Assembly: GCF_026210795.1 (NCBI RefSeq)
Contig: NC_089430.1
Span: forward strand, 4,464,001-4,528,000
DNA length: 64,000 bases
Source of the DNA: Rhizophagus irregularis
Taxonomy: Eukaryota
Direction of reading: 5' to 3'
Each line of letters starts with the position of its first letter. The first letter of the stretch is position 1. Of the stretch, positions 1-13,854 are shown piece by piece. Position numbers and translations under genes: made by a program. The notes under the pieces were generated by a model that worked only from the letters and a program-made list of their open reading frames with translations, was not told the DNA's origin and searched no databases.

Positions 1-538
1 TGAAGAGCGGGCACGTAAAATAACGAAATTCTTTTGTATTTTGATTTTCACCAACTTGAATTATAACGTTGTAATCATTGAAAGATTAGTTAATGTCATT
101 TTTTTTTTAAAAACAAAAAAAAAAGACTTTCTAATCAATTAGCCATTAGGTTACATGGCACGAAGTTTATAATTATATCAATTTTGTGCGACATATAATA
201 ACGTAATAAGTATATAAATAAAACACGTTTAAGAAAGTAATAAGAATGTAAAGATATGAAAATTACTTAAATTACTTTACATCCACAAATAAATTGGTCT
301 TAATGAATCATTGAAATTATTGAGTCATCGGAGTATTTTCTTCATTTTACGATCACGTGATATGTTTTCCGGGAATATCGATTAATCAAATTTGTAAAAC
401 AATTTGGCGCAGTAACAGGGTCGCACATTGTTTGTTACAATGCATAAATTAGAATTTTTTTAACAATCCCATGGAAAAATTTTCTTCGTTAAAAAAATTT
501 CGTTATTTATTATTCATTATTATAAATTAAATTTGTGA

Positions 539-2048
539 ATGAAGTTTGTTAAACTTATTTTTCGATTAATTAATCGAACTGGATCTAATAGGTGTAAAGA
601 ATGTGATCAAAAAAATACTGGATATCAATGGTGTAATTCTTGTAATGCAAAACATTTTCAACAAGATTTTAAAAATTGGACTAGCGGTAATGATGATATT
701 GATAAATTTATTCAAGATATTCAATTATCAGTGAATGGTTATCATAAATTATTAGAGTGGATACCATATGATAGGCTTCATGATATTGAATATATTGCAA
801 AAGGAGGGTTTGGAATGGTATATAAAGCGAAATGGAGTGATGGTTATATTCATAGTTGGAATAATAAAAACAGAAATTGGAAAAGACTTGGTTCTAATAT
901 GTTTGTAGCTCTGAAAAGTTTAAATAATTCAGAAAATATTACATTAGATTTTATCAATGAGGTATGCGAGTTAATTTGAACTTTTATTAATTTACTAATT
1001 TTATATTTACTTGATTCATTCACTCACTCATTCATTTATTCATTCATTTAATATTTAAGATTACATTACATCATAAAATCACTTATTATGGTAGTTCTAT
1101 CGTTAAACTTTATGGGATAACTCAAGATCCAAATACGAAAAATTATATAATGGTTTTAGATTATGCGGAACATGGAAGTTTACGAAGTTACTTAAATGAA
1201 AACTATGACAAATTAAGTTGGGATACTAAGATTAATGATTTATATTGTATTGCATTTGGACTTTATAATATTCATAAGAATGAATTAATTCATCGAGATT
1301 TACATATTGGTAATGTATTAAAGTTTCCATATTATTCCAGTATAACTGATATGGGATTATGTAAACCTGCAGATTATAAAGCATCAGAAATTGGATCAAA
1401 TAAAATATATGGTGTTTTACCTTATATTGCTCCTGAAGTTTTGAGAGGACAAAATTACACCAAAGCTTCTGATATTTATAGTTTTGGTATAATTATGTAT
1501 GAAGTAATTTCTGGATTACCTCCTTATCATGATGTAAGCCATGATGAAAATTTAGCGATAAAAATTTGTCAAGGACTTAGGCCAAGGTTCAATTTTAAGG
1601 TCCCTAAATCATTTGTGAATTTGATTAAAAAATGTTTAGATGCAAATTCATTAAATCGACCAACGGCAGAAGAAATTATAGAAATTTTGGATAAATGGAA
1701 TGATGAACTTACTAATAATCAATCAGAATTAAACAGTGAAATCAGAGAAGCAGAAGAAATCAACAACAATAATTTATCAACTGGAAATACACTTTTAACT
1801 GATTTATCATATGAAACACATCCTGAAGCTACTTATACAAGTAGATTGCTTAATTTTAATAATCTTCCTGAACCAGTAAATTATGATGATTATTATGATG
1901 AACAAGATGATAAGATTACGAGCGTGAGATTATCAGGTACATAATTAACTTTAAAATATATACAAATTAGTTATAAAAAAAAGGCGCTAATGAATTTATT
2001 TTATTAATAGATTCTTTACAGATTGATACTACTAAATTAAAAAATTAG
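539..2048 (+). CDS. TKL-family protein kinase with N-terminal CxxC...WCxxC domain (exons 539-961, 1060-1936, 2011-2048)
   Basis: ORFs 539 and 1150 join through a GTATGC..AAG intron. Motifs AKGGFGMVY, VALK, HRDLHIGN, DMG, YIAPE, DIYSFG. Short last exon DSLQIDTTKLKN*. Confidence 0.88.
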
Positions 2049-3829
2049 TTATGGTGGATCTTAGTGTTAAAAAATGACTTTATTTATTAATTTTGTATTT
2101 TCTTTAATAGATTGTTTACAGATTGATATACATTATTTAAAATTAATGATGGCGGATCTTAGATTTAACATGACTTTATTTTTTTAATTTTATAATTTCT
2201 TTTTTTTTATTTTAATTTATAATATAATTCACATTTTAATTAATAATTCATTAATTAGTAATAAATGTTATTTATTGTGCAGACCTTAAATTGCTATAAT
2301 TTATTAAACTCAAAATATATATGAGGAATTTATATTTAGCATTTTTTTTGATAGAAACTTAAACATATTTTTATTTTAACAGAAATAAATTATAATAAAT
2401 CAATATATTGTGTATAAAAATAAATTAACGCAGTAAGACGTAATGTTGAACGATCAAAGTTACACGGTATGCGTTTATGGCAAATTTTTTCCAATAAATG
2501 AATTTTTCGCTAATTGTAATTTAACTTTTATGGTCAAAAATTTATGTCTCGCTCGAGTATTTTATATGAAAATTATAAGTATTGAATATTATAAATATAT
2601 CAATCGGAGTGAAGATTTTTTTCTATTTTAAAATTTTCAATTTTTTAGAAAACAATCACCTAAAAAGATTTTTTTTTTTGAGTACTTTATTGATAAGAAT
2701 AAAATAATGATTGTATGTTAAATAAATGTAATCTAATTCATTGAATAAATTATACCCTATTTTATTAAATTAAACAAGGATAAAAAATATAAATTAAACA
2801 ATTTTCATTAAAAAAAAAGAATAAAGAATAAATGACATAAACCCTTCAAAATTATGTACTAAAATCATATCACTATTATTATAAATATAAAAATAATTTT
2901 TTATTAAATGTAATTTTTATACGAATATGCATATGCAGCATAACAGATACTTAAAATGACTATTATTATTTTATGAATTTTTTTTCAGCTTTTTTTTTGC
3001 GATTTTTATGGCATTCATAAAAAAATTGTTGTGATTTCTATAAGAAATAATGCCATTTTAAACAAATACTTTAATATTATTATACTGTACCAATTGATAA
3101 AAATATATCAAAAAAAAAAAAATCATGCTTTATTATAATATCATCAACGATTTAATCAAATTATCAGGAATAAATAATGAAAAACTTGTTATGGATTTTT
3201 TTAGACGGTATAGAAATTATACCATATAAAATTTAAATTTATCTGAAAAAAAAGGTTTCGGTTATCATTTGTCTTTTGAAAAATATTTGATTATAATGCA
3301 ATTGGCAAAAACAAAAATGCAAAAGAAAACGTATTCAGTTATTTTACCAACTCTATGATTTACAAACTAGTATGAGCTACAGTACGAAAGAGAATAATAT
3401 CATATAATTTATAATTCTTTATTTAGGATATACTTATATAAGTAAAATACCATAACCTTTGGTAAACTGCTTCTTAATATCGAGCGGCCATAGAATATTT
3501 GATAGAAAAAAATAAATCTAACATTATTTTTGTTCTTAATAAGTTTGCAAAAAACGACGTGTTAATTCTTTGTGAAAATCAAAATTTACATCTAAAAGAT
3601 ATTATTTATCTGTTATTTTATTATTTTAAACAAGATAACTCAAAGAAATGAGTTATTGAACAAACTAGAAGAATAGCAATAGAACCAAAGCAAGGAATAA
3701 AAATAACTGATTACAATGCCATGAAAGTAGGTTTTCCTTTACAATATTACGTATATAAAAATATTTATTAAAAAAAATCCTTAAGATAGTATAAATAAAT
3801 AAAAAACAATATTTGAGTATTTGATTCGT

Positions 3830-5412
3830 TTAGTTGTCAACATCATCATCTATTATTTAAAATTATTAGTTTATTATACATGATCATGTAAAATAGAAGG
3901 TAATAAGTTAATACTCACCCTTTAATTTTAATGAACTAGAAATCTCTAAGTCAACTAACTGAGAATCCTGACAACCTATTATAATGAATATTATCTTAAT
4001 TATTTTAAAAAATGTATACAAAATAATATATAATACAATACCATCATTATCTTCTTCATTAAGATATGTTGTAACAATAAAAGATGAATTAATGGGTTTT
4101 GATAAATTATTAAATGTAAATGCTCTACTAGTGTAAATAGCATCAGGATCTTTTTCATACAAGGCTGAAATATTTGGTATCTCTTTATCAGCTTCATCAA
4201 ATACAGCTTCAACTTCTTTTCCTTTATAACCATATTTTTCATCATCATTATAATGATACCAACAATATAATATTTCATATAATTCATTGGCTGTTGGTCT
4301 TTGATTTGGATTAGCATCCATACATCTATGAGCTAATTTCTTATAAATTTCAGGAGTTCCTTTTCCAAATTCTGGTCTGAGTCCATTACATATTTTTAAT
4401 GCTAAGCTATTATCATGATTTCTTTTATGAAAAGGTGGTTTTCCAGATGATAATTCAGCCATAATTACACCAAAACTATAAATGTAAGAAGATAATGTAT
4501 ATGGTTCTCCATTTAAAACTTCTGGAGCAATATATGGCAACACACCATATATTTTATTATCTAATTTTTGTTCATTTGATGGTCCAGATAATCCAAAATC
4601 TGATATATAAGAATATCCCTCAATACTTAATATATTTCCACTATGAAAATCTTTATGAAAATATCCTAATTCATGTAAATATTTAAGGTCCAATGCTGAA
4701 TAAGATAAATATTTAAGTTTCTCCTTCCATAAAATTTTGTTAAAATTACTTGAAAGAATATTTCTCAAATTTCCATCATCTGCATATTGCATAATCATTA
4801 TAAATTCTTCAGTTTCTGGGTCTTTAGTTATTCCATAAAATTCTAAAGAACTTTCTTGCAAGCAATTTAACTTCCGATGTGTTTTAAGCTATTATACAAA
4901 TTAAAATGAATTAAATTAATCTTAATAGTTATTAAAATTATAAATAAGTACATGTGAAAAAAATATACCTCATTTAAAAAATCAGCTGACATATTCTGTG
5001 ATCCATTCAGCCTTTTTAAAGCAACTTTTTTGGATTCAGGTTCACTTTTTATCCAATTTCCATCATCTTGTTTAATGTATTTTGCTATACCATCAATCCA
5101 AGTTGCAGAATACACTTTTGCAAATCCGCCTTTACCTATTTGTTTCATATCTTCAAATCTATCAAATGGAACCCATTCAAGAAATGAAAAACCTTCATCA
5201 TAATTATAAATTGTATCCTTGATAAAATTATCAATATCATCATTTCCACTGGTCCATCCTTCAATTATGCAACGAGGAACACATTCTTTACACCAAAATT
5301 TATTATTATCTGGGTCATAACAATTTTCATGATTAATTTTTACGGAATTAGAATCTTTATCAGAAATATTTAATTTATTAATAAATTTGGATAATTTTTT
5401 AATGAAGCTCAT
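3830..5412 (-). CDS. TKL-family protein kinase (4 exons, approx 5412-4969, 4888-4042, 3975-3920, 3849-3830)
   Basis: Motifs GKGGFAKVY, VALK, HKDFHSGN, DFG, YIAPE; canonical GT-AG introns. Subdomain IX reads SSYIYSFG where the paralogue has SSDIYSFG. Confidence 0.85.
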
Positions 5413-6279
5413 TTTTATAATATAATTCTGTTAGAAGTAAGTTTGTCTCAAATTTGTTTGAAAAAGAATTCCACGGGCATAAAAAAAAATTTAGTGTTAC
5501 CTAATACATAAATATTCGTTGAATTGTACCTGCTGTGCAACTCTGTACCTGTACCAATTAAATATGCAAATCTACTCAATGAGGATAAAAAAGAATCAGC
5601 ATAAATTTAGCCGATATAAATCATTTTTCTGCGGTATGACGATCATCGGAATTGTCGAAAAAGTGAATAGATCATTTATTACTAATTACAAAATAAATAC
5701 TACAAACAAAACGCAATTCCCATATTTGTATGATTCTCGTTTCAGCAGATGAAAATTTTATTATAGCACTTTAGACACTTCCTCCAGAAAAAATTTCTTG
5801 CTCATACTAATTACTGTAACTTTTAAAACTTTTCCGCTTAAAATTAAAGATTATTTCCCGATCATTTGAGTTATCACAATTTACACGGCCGAATGCCATA
5901 TATATTATATTCCCCGTTACAGGATACTTGATATTTTAGGTAATAGATGATTCGTGAAAAAAATATTAAAATTTTATTTTTTAAAAAAAAACCAATGATT
6001 ACTTAATTACTTAATTTTACTAACATTTTCATTCCTATAATTTATAAATATTTCGTAAGATGATGTACTTAAGGGGAATTCTATTAAACAATAAAGCATT
6101 TCAAAATTACCAAAATTGTGATTAACCTTATGATTATATTTTAATATTATACATTAAAGATCCGATAATGTTTATTGTAATTCCAACATAACGTCAAAAA
6201 ATGGTTTGAATTTTTCTTTAGATACTCCCTGAAATGATTCTGGAGAATTGAAGGTCTGCATTATTGACCCCTATTTTAC

Positions 6280-6773
6280 AACCCGGCCCAGTCCGGGCTG
6301 GATCTGGACTATTATTATATCATTTTGTTGCAAAAACAAAAAAATCGACCAACTTAATTTTGGCCTGTTTAATTTTGACCGGAATTAAGATCATTTTGGC
6401 CAGAATTACGAAAATCGAGGTTTAACTAAAAATCATGTGCCAGCCCGTACCTGGCCTGGCTGAATTTTGAAGAAAGCTTGCCGGCCCAAATCCAGACCTG
6501 GGTCCGGGCCGAATTAGGATTTCTGGTTCTGGGTTCCATCTGAACTTTGACATAACCAACTGACAACCAAACTATCATATTCGTTTTCTGGATTAATATG
6601 TTTTTTATGCTTTCGATATTCTACAAGAAAAAAAAGAAAAATATTATTTGAATTTTTTTTACAAAAATATTTTTATTAATAAAATAATGGTTAAAAAAAA
6701 AAATTATTGTTGACAAATTTTTCAACAGTACCAGTTCAGAACTGAACCGGACCGAGTGAGTCATTCCATCCCT
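6280..6773. mobile_element. Degenerate non-autonomous DNA transposon fragments (GC-rich CCGG motifs; hAT-like end ...CATTCCATCCCTA at ~6773)
   Basis: GC-rich island; the end reads TAGGGATGG on the minus strand, like the TIR at 49957. A related decayed copy lies at ~21790-21980. No partner TIR or TSD found. Confidence 0.4.
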
Positions 6774-8031
6774 AATTAAAGTGAAATAAGTTTCGGTACA
6801 AAAAAAAATATCATATAATTTATGATTTTTTATTTCAAGATGATAATAAGATATATTCATATAATAGAATTATTATTATATAAAGATATAAGATGCACTT
6901 GATTCTTAGTTGTATTTTGGTAAACTATTTCTTACTATCGAGTGGTCATAGGATATTTGATAAATAAAGTAGATCTAAATTATCTTTGTTATTAATAAAG
7001 TTTGCAATAAAAGGTTTATTGTATTAATTTTTGTAAAAATCCAAATTTATTATTTAAAAAGTTATTATTTATTTGTTATTTTATTATTTTAAACAAGATG
7101 ACTCGAAGAAATGAGTTATTGAACAAACTAAAAGTGAGAAAATAGCAATAGAAATAAAAACAACTAATTACAAAGCCATGAAAGTAGATTTTTCCTTTAC
7201 AATATTACGTATATAAAATATTTATTAAAAAAAAAATCCACATAATACCTTAGGATAGTATAAAAAACAATATTTGAGTATAAGATTTCGAATTTGATTC
7301 GTTTAGTTGACAACATCATCATCTATTATTTAAAAATTATTAAGTTTATTCTACATCATTAAAAATAGATAAAGGTAATAAGTTATACTCACCCTTTAAT
7401 TTTAATGAACTAGAAATCTCTAAGTCAACTAACTGAGAATCCTGACAACCTATTATAATGAATATTATCTTAATTATTTTATAAAATTTATACAAAATAA
7501 TATATAATACAATACCATCATTATCTTCTTCATTAAGATATGTTGTAACAATAAAAGATGAATTAATAGGTTTTGATAAATTTTTAAATGTAAATGCTCT
7601 ACTAGTGTAAATAGCATCAGGATCTTTTTCATACAAGGCTGAAATATTTGGTATCTCTTTATCAGCTTCATCAAATACAGCTTTAACTTCTTTTCCTTTA
7701 TAACCATATTTTTCATCATCACTATAATGATACCAACAATCTAATATTTCATATAATTCATTGGCTGTTGGTCTTTGATTTGGATTAGCATCCATACATC
7801 TATGAGCTAATTTCTTATAAATTTCAGGAGTTCCTTTTCCAAATTCTGGTCTGAGTCCATTACATATTTCTAATGCTAAGCTATTATCATGTTTTCTTTT
7901 ATGAAAAGGTGGTTTTCCAGATGATAATTCAGCCATAACTACACCAAAACTATAAATGTCAGAAGATAATGTATATGGTTCTCCATTTAAAACTTCTGGA
8001 GCAATATATGGCAACACACCATATTATATAG

Positions 8032-8176
8032 TTATTGGGTAAGAAGTATTCAATATGAAGATTTATGACCGTCGATGTTAAATGATTGGCCGTTATTGTG
8101 CCACGTAGTGGCACAATGGCCAATCATATAATGTTGATGGTCAAAATGGTAATATTGAATACTTCTTACCTAATAA
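8032..8176. repeat. 145 bp imperfect palindrome at the left end of the Crypton element
   Basis: TTATTGGGTAAGAAGTATTCAATAT pairs with ATATTGAATACTTCTTACCTAATAA (24/25). Inner stems GATTGGCC/GGCCAATC and ATTGTGCCAC-GTA-GTGGCACAAT. Confidence 0.92.
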
Positions 8177-8435
8177 TGATTTTATTGTGGCAGACCACCA
8201 AGATCATGTTTTAAAAGTTTATTTAAACTTTCTTTTAAATTTCAATTTTTACGCGTCTTTTTCTTTACGCGTTTAAAAGTTTATTTAAACTTTCTTTTAA
8301 ATCCACTCATTTGTACACATTTTTTCTTTACGCGTTTTTTCTTTTACACATTCTTTTTTATATACACTTTTTAAATACCCTACTTTTTCTTTACACATTT
8401 TTTTCTTTCAACCTATTCTATTATTTATTTTAATA

Positions 8436-10063
8436 ATGAAGGAAAAAACTAACAAAAATAAAATAAATAATGATAAAGTATGTTGTTATTATTACCAAAA
8501 TATTGTTATATTAATTTGCTAATACAATATTTTCTATTCAAGTTTTATTTACCTACAGAAGACGAAATAAATTTTTTCAAAAAGAAGTCAAGAGTAGTAA
8601 ATACAGATAAATCCACAGCAAATTGGGTTCACCAATTTGAAAACTTTCGTGAAAAAGCTGGATTTACTGGTAAAAGCATAGATATTACTGATAGAAAGGA
8701 ATTAGAAAGTCAAATCTGTAGTTTCGTAACAGTTATGAAGACTAATTCTGGTGAAGAATACAAGGCTAGATCTATCCTCAGTGCTATACATGCATTAAAC
8801 CGACATTTAAATGATTTATCATCACTATCTCCAATGGATTTTACTTCAAGAAAACAATTTCCAATATTATATGATGTATTAGATGGCAAAATGAAACATG
8901 TAGCAGAACAAGGAAAGGCCAATGTTCAAGGAGCTGATGGTCTTTCTGTTGAAGAATGTAAAAAAATACTGTATTCACCAGTATTAAACATTGACACACC
9001 CACTGGATTGTTAAAAAAAGTCTTTTTTTTAAATGCATTATTCTTAGCTCTTAGAGGTGGTGAGCACTATTCATTACAATATTCTCATTTTAAGTTTAGA
9101 GCTGATGGTCAGGGTTTTGATGTAAATATTCCTCGAAGTAAAACAAATCAAAGGGGTATTAATGGCTCATTAAATGATGAAAAATTAAGAATTCCATATC
9201 ATCCAATGATAATGGAAACTTATAACAAATATTTTTCTAAAAGACCAGGTAATGCCGATAAAGAATTCTATTTAAGAGAATATGTGTCTGAAGATGGTGA
9301 GTTCAATGTACTTTATCATTTTATGCTATTTTTTTCAGTAATATGACATTTATTAGTTAACTTATTTATTTATTTATAGATTATATTATTTATAATCGTT
9401 GGTTTCAAAAGTTTCATGTTGGTGAAAAGCGATTAAAAAATTTTTTACATGAAATTGTAATAGAATGTGGTATTGATATTGGCAATCGAAAGATCAGCAA
9501 CCATAGCGCCCGAAAAAGTTTAGTAGGAATATTGAAAGAACTTGGTACTAGTGACAATGAAGTTATGGCAATTACCCGGCATAAATCAAATTCAGGATTT
9601 ACTAGCTATGAAAGAACTAAAGAAAAAATGCAGAATGTTAGTTTAAACAACTTAATGAACGTTCTTATAGATAATGATCAAATGGAAGGCTCGGGTGAGT
9701 TTTAATTTTAATTTTTAAATTGATTTTCAATATACTAATTATACAATATGGAATTTTAGATGTTTTAGAACCTTTGCCACATTTTTCAATGCCAGATAAG
9801 CAAGCATTAACACCAATTGAACTTAAATCAACTTTTACTAGTGCACGCGAAATTTTTAAAGGTAATTTATTAATAGTTTGTTTTATTTTATTTTATTTTA
9901 TTGATTTCTATTAATAAAATTAGCTGAAATCAATCAAGAAAGCCGAATTCCATTTTCTAACAAATCCAACAAATTGACAATAAATGAAACTGAAACTTTA
10001 CAGGATATTTTTAAAGGAAACGGATCAATTTTCAATAATTGTACATTTGTATTCAATAGATAA
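8436..10063 (+). CDS. Tyrosine recombinase, Crypton/DUF3504-like (exons 8436-8477, 8543-9296, 9380-9694, 9760-9861, 9924-10063)
   Basis: Spliced frame is open with catalytic-type residues ALRGGEH (R), SKTNQRG (K), NHSARK (HxxR), ITRHKS (H), TSYER (Y). C-terminus IFNNCTFVFNR resembles the Crypton/ZMYM-type tail. Confidence 0.85.
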
Positions 10064-13000
10064 TACTAATATAGTTTAAGTAACAGTTTTTCAAATTGCT
10101 GTACAGTATTAAGCTAAACTAATGTAAATGATATTTGGTAAATGACGTAATGCGTTAGCAATATTGAGCGGAAATTAAATAACATGATCCTATAGGGATG
10201 CCCAATAAATTTTATTATCTAATTTTTGTTCATTTGATGGTCCAGATAATCCAAAATCTGATATATAAGAAGCTCCTTTAATATTTAATATATTTCCACT
10301 ATGAAAATCTTTATGAAAATATCCTAATTTATGTAAATATTCAAGGTCTGTTACTGAATTGTGTAAATATGTAATTTTCCCATCCCATGAAAGTTTGTTA
10401 AAATTACTTGAAAGGACATTTCTCAAATTACCATTTTCTGCATATTGCATAATCATCATAAATTCTTCAGTTGCTGGATCTTTAGTTATTCCATAAAATC
10501 CTAAAGAAGTACTTTGTAAGCAATTTAATTTCCGATGTGTTTTAAGCTATTATACAAATTAAAATAAATTAAATTAATTTTAATAGTTATTAAAATTATA
10601 AATAAGTACATGTGAAAAAAATATACCTCATTTAAAAAATCAGCTGACATATTCTGTGATCCATTCAGCTTTTTTAAAGCAACTTTTTTGGATTCAGGTT
10701 CACGTTTTATCCAATTTCCATCATCTTGTTTAATGTATTTTGCTATACCATCAATCCAAGTTGCAGAATACACTTTTGCAAATCCACCTTCACCTATTTG
10801 TTTCATATCTTCAAATCTATCAAATGGAACCCATTCAAGAAATGATGGATAATATTTAATATCATCATCAATATATTCCGAACTTACATTATAAATCGAA
10901 TCCTTGATAAGATTATCAATATCATCATTTCCACTGCTGGTCCATCCTTCAATTATGCAACGAGGAACACATTCTTTACACCAAAATTCTTGTTTCTTTG
11001 GATTATAACAATTTTCATGATTAATTTTTACGGAATTAGAATCTTTATCAGAAATATTTAATTCATTAAGTTCAGATATTAGTTGGTTTTCATTAATAAA
11101 GCTCATTTTTATAATATAATTCTGTTAGAAGTAATTTTGTCTCAAATTTGTTTGAAAAAGAATTCCACGTTCATAAAAAAAAAATTTAGTGTTACCTAAT
11201 ACATAAATATTCGTTGAATTGTATCTGCTGTGTGACTCCGTGCCTGTACCAATTAAATATGCAAATCTACTCAATGAGGATAAAAAAGAATCGGCATAAA
11301 TTTAGCCGATATAAATCATTTGCTGCGGTATGACGATCATCAGGAAGAATTCACGACTTTCCTGCGGACCCTTGCTTTGAAAGTTAAGATTTCCAGGATA
11401 ACTGCTTGTGGATTGTATGACTTGTGTCATTGAGAGCAATTGAATATTAGAAGTGCTAGTTTTAGTTGGTTAATAAAAGATGCTTTACTAGTAGCTCAAC
11501 GGGTGGTACAGTATTTTGACTCGGATTTTTGACGTACGGTGTACTGCACATAAAGTTAGTCTAGGTAGATCCTTTTAGCCAACACAAATTTTAGTTAATA
11601 TAAATTTTGTTTGTGATTTAGTTATGTATTATGTATTAGTTAGGTATTTTATTATGTACATTTTTATCCTCTTTTTTTATTTTTTTTTATTGTTAAACAC
11701 CAGGACCCAAAAGGAACCAATCAAATTAGCATCACATTAATACAAATCGATGGTGGTTGCTAACTGATGACGCTAGAGTTTACTTTATAATTTAATAATT
11801 CCAAATCAAGAATTAACTTGATAAAAATAGGAAAGTTTAATTTATTATACTAATTTCCGGAAAAAATTATCCAAAATGCACAACTCGAAATATAAACCAC
11901 ACAATACAAATTAATTTTATAAGCAACAGCGTAGCATGAATAGTGTTTGAGCGACTTTCTGTGATGTGAGAAGATTAATTACAAAATAGACAATATTCAT
12001 AATAAATTTTCATTATTTTCAAATAATTTTTTTTTTTTCTGTCGGGTAAATCTAGAAATCATTTAAGTTATTAGCAATAATTACATTACAGTATTAAAGT
12101 TTTACTCATGTAAATATTACACTTTATAATACATTAAAATGTTTGTTGAATGACACAACATTTTTATTAAACTCATTTTAATTTCTATGAAAAACTAACT
12201 CCAAAAAATGTTCTAATAAATGAAATAGATAAATTTTAGGCTTCTCACGATTTTCTTTTTTTTTTAGTTAAGAATATCAAGATTTTGACATTCGGTTTAT
12301 TATTTAAGAATATCATTAAGTTATCAAAAGCTCAAATAAATCATGAGATGTGTATCATAAATGTAACATTGAGTTAATTAAATTTTAAAGCTAAAAACTC
12401 ATTGGAACTATTTCGTTTCGATTATGATTTTTGTTATTCAAATGACATATTAATCAACCCACCAAAATACATTAATTAATATCAATAAAATTTTGACATA
12501 AACTATTGACTCCAATACTTTAAATTCAATTTCGTTATTTCTTTTGAGTTCTTTAATGATGTTAAACATATGGTTTTTGTAACCGGTTATTATTAAAAAA
12601 AATATTTCAGAAATTTTTTGGACCGATTTTTGATTTTACTTATGAGAGATTAATATATACTGTTACCGTATTAAACTATTAATAAATAAATAAAAAATAT
12701 AGAATAAGCTGTGGAAACACGTAACTATGATTACATTTCTTTGGGCCGTATTATATAATTATATGCTGAATGAGATCAGAATTATGATCTTAACTAACCG
12801 ACTTTTAAGATGCCTTAACCGGTTTAACCAGTTATACATTAACCCTAGCGCCTGCGTCATGCTAAAAAGAATAAAGCTCATTCATAGTATACCATGTCAT
12901 GTGATTTTAATCATATTATCTTCAATTTTCATAATTGATGTTTGAGGTTGCAATCATTTTTTTAAAATCCGGAGCTTAATTTGAAATAATCGATGTCAAA

Positions 13001-13854
13001 CTTTGATTTTTTTAACCTTTTATCAGTTAAATTACTGACGACCAGAGAACAAAACTTTTTTCATTTTTAATAGATAACCACCTTGATTTATCGAAGAAAA
13101 GGTATTTTATTGAAAACTACCTAACCATATAATCAAAGATGAATTAATCGCATGAACTCGCCGTCTTGTCATAATAAAATATATTAGATTTATAATTTTC
13201 AAAATATTTATCTGTATAATATATATGTTATGATAAAACCCTTAAATGATTTTAATGATTTTGAAAAATCCGTCAAAATCTTGGATTTTTTTAAATAAAG
13301 ATTATTAAAGTCATTTGCCCATTTACTTTTTTTTTAAAAAAAAAAGTATTAGAAAATAAGGTAAAGCAGATTCCTTTATCTGGTATACAATAGAATAAAG
13401 AAGGTAAAGGACATAAACCAATATGATTCATAAAATTATATAGTTAATTATCAAAAATTAAATGGATTAGTACGAGTATTTAGAGTAATAATCAAAATTT
13501 ACCATCATTTATATCCAAAAAGCAATATAAATTCCTAATTTGATTTGAATGAATAATAATTTTAAAATCGTCAACTTTTGTACAAATAAATTTTTCATTA
13601 CTAAAAATTCTAATATTTCTTAATTTTAAACTAAAATTAAATAAAATTTTATTAATTTATTATAGTTTATTCTCGATTATTTTTAAAAATAATTTTATTA
13701 TATTTATTATCTTATTCTCCTTATTCCCATTTTTTGAAAAACCATATTCCGAAATATAATTATTTTTATTTTTCATATCGGTTATCGATTACTAAAAATA
13801 AATATCAACTATTAACAAAATTTAATAATCACATAATCAAATAATTATCACTTA

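Larger units (their letters stand above)
8025..10208 (+). mobile_element. Crypton-type tyrosine-recombinase DNA transposon, ~2.18 kb, no TSD
   Basis: Boundaries (within a few bp) from the paralogous empty site CACCATAT|ATTTTATTATC at ~4543-4561. Arms TTATTGGG (8032-8039) and CCCAATAA (10201-10208) are inverted. Encodes a tyrosine recombinase. Confidence 0.88.
7303..11106 (-). pseudogene. TKL kinase paralogue (tandem duplicate of 3830-5412) interrupted by a Crypton-type element at 8025-10208
   Basis: ORFs 10525, 10190 and 7346 are colinear with the 3830-5412 gene; the sequence breaks inside ...DNKI|YGVLPY. Confidence 0.9.

Noticed and set aside
4000..4317. Alternative-frame and antisense ORFs overlapping kinases, oxidases and the transposase
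   Set aside because: Shadow ORFs of real coding sequence in AT-rich DNA.
8025..10208. DIRS/Ngaro retroelement, Starship or prophage integrase
   Set aside because: Only 2.2 kb, with no RT/RNase H or cargo, and the gene has spliceosomal introns; fits Crypton.
11342..11700. Possible 3' end of a non-LTR retrotransposon where kinase-promoter homology ends
   Set aside because: No RT motif, poly(A) boundary or TSD could be established.
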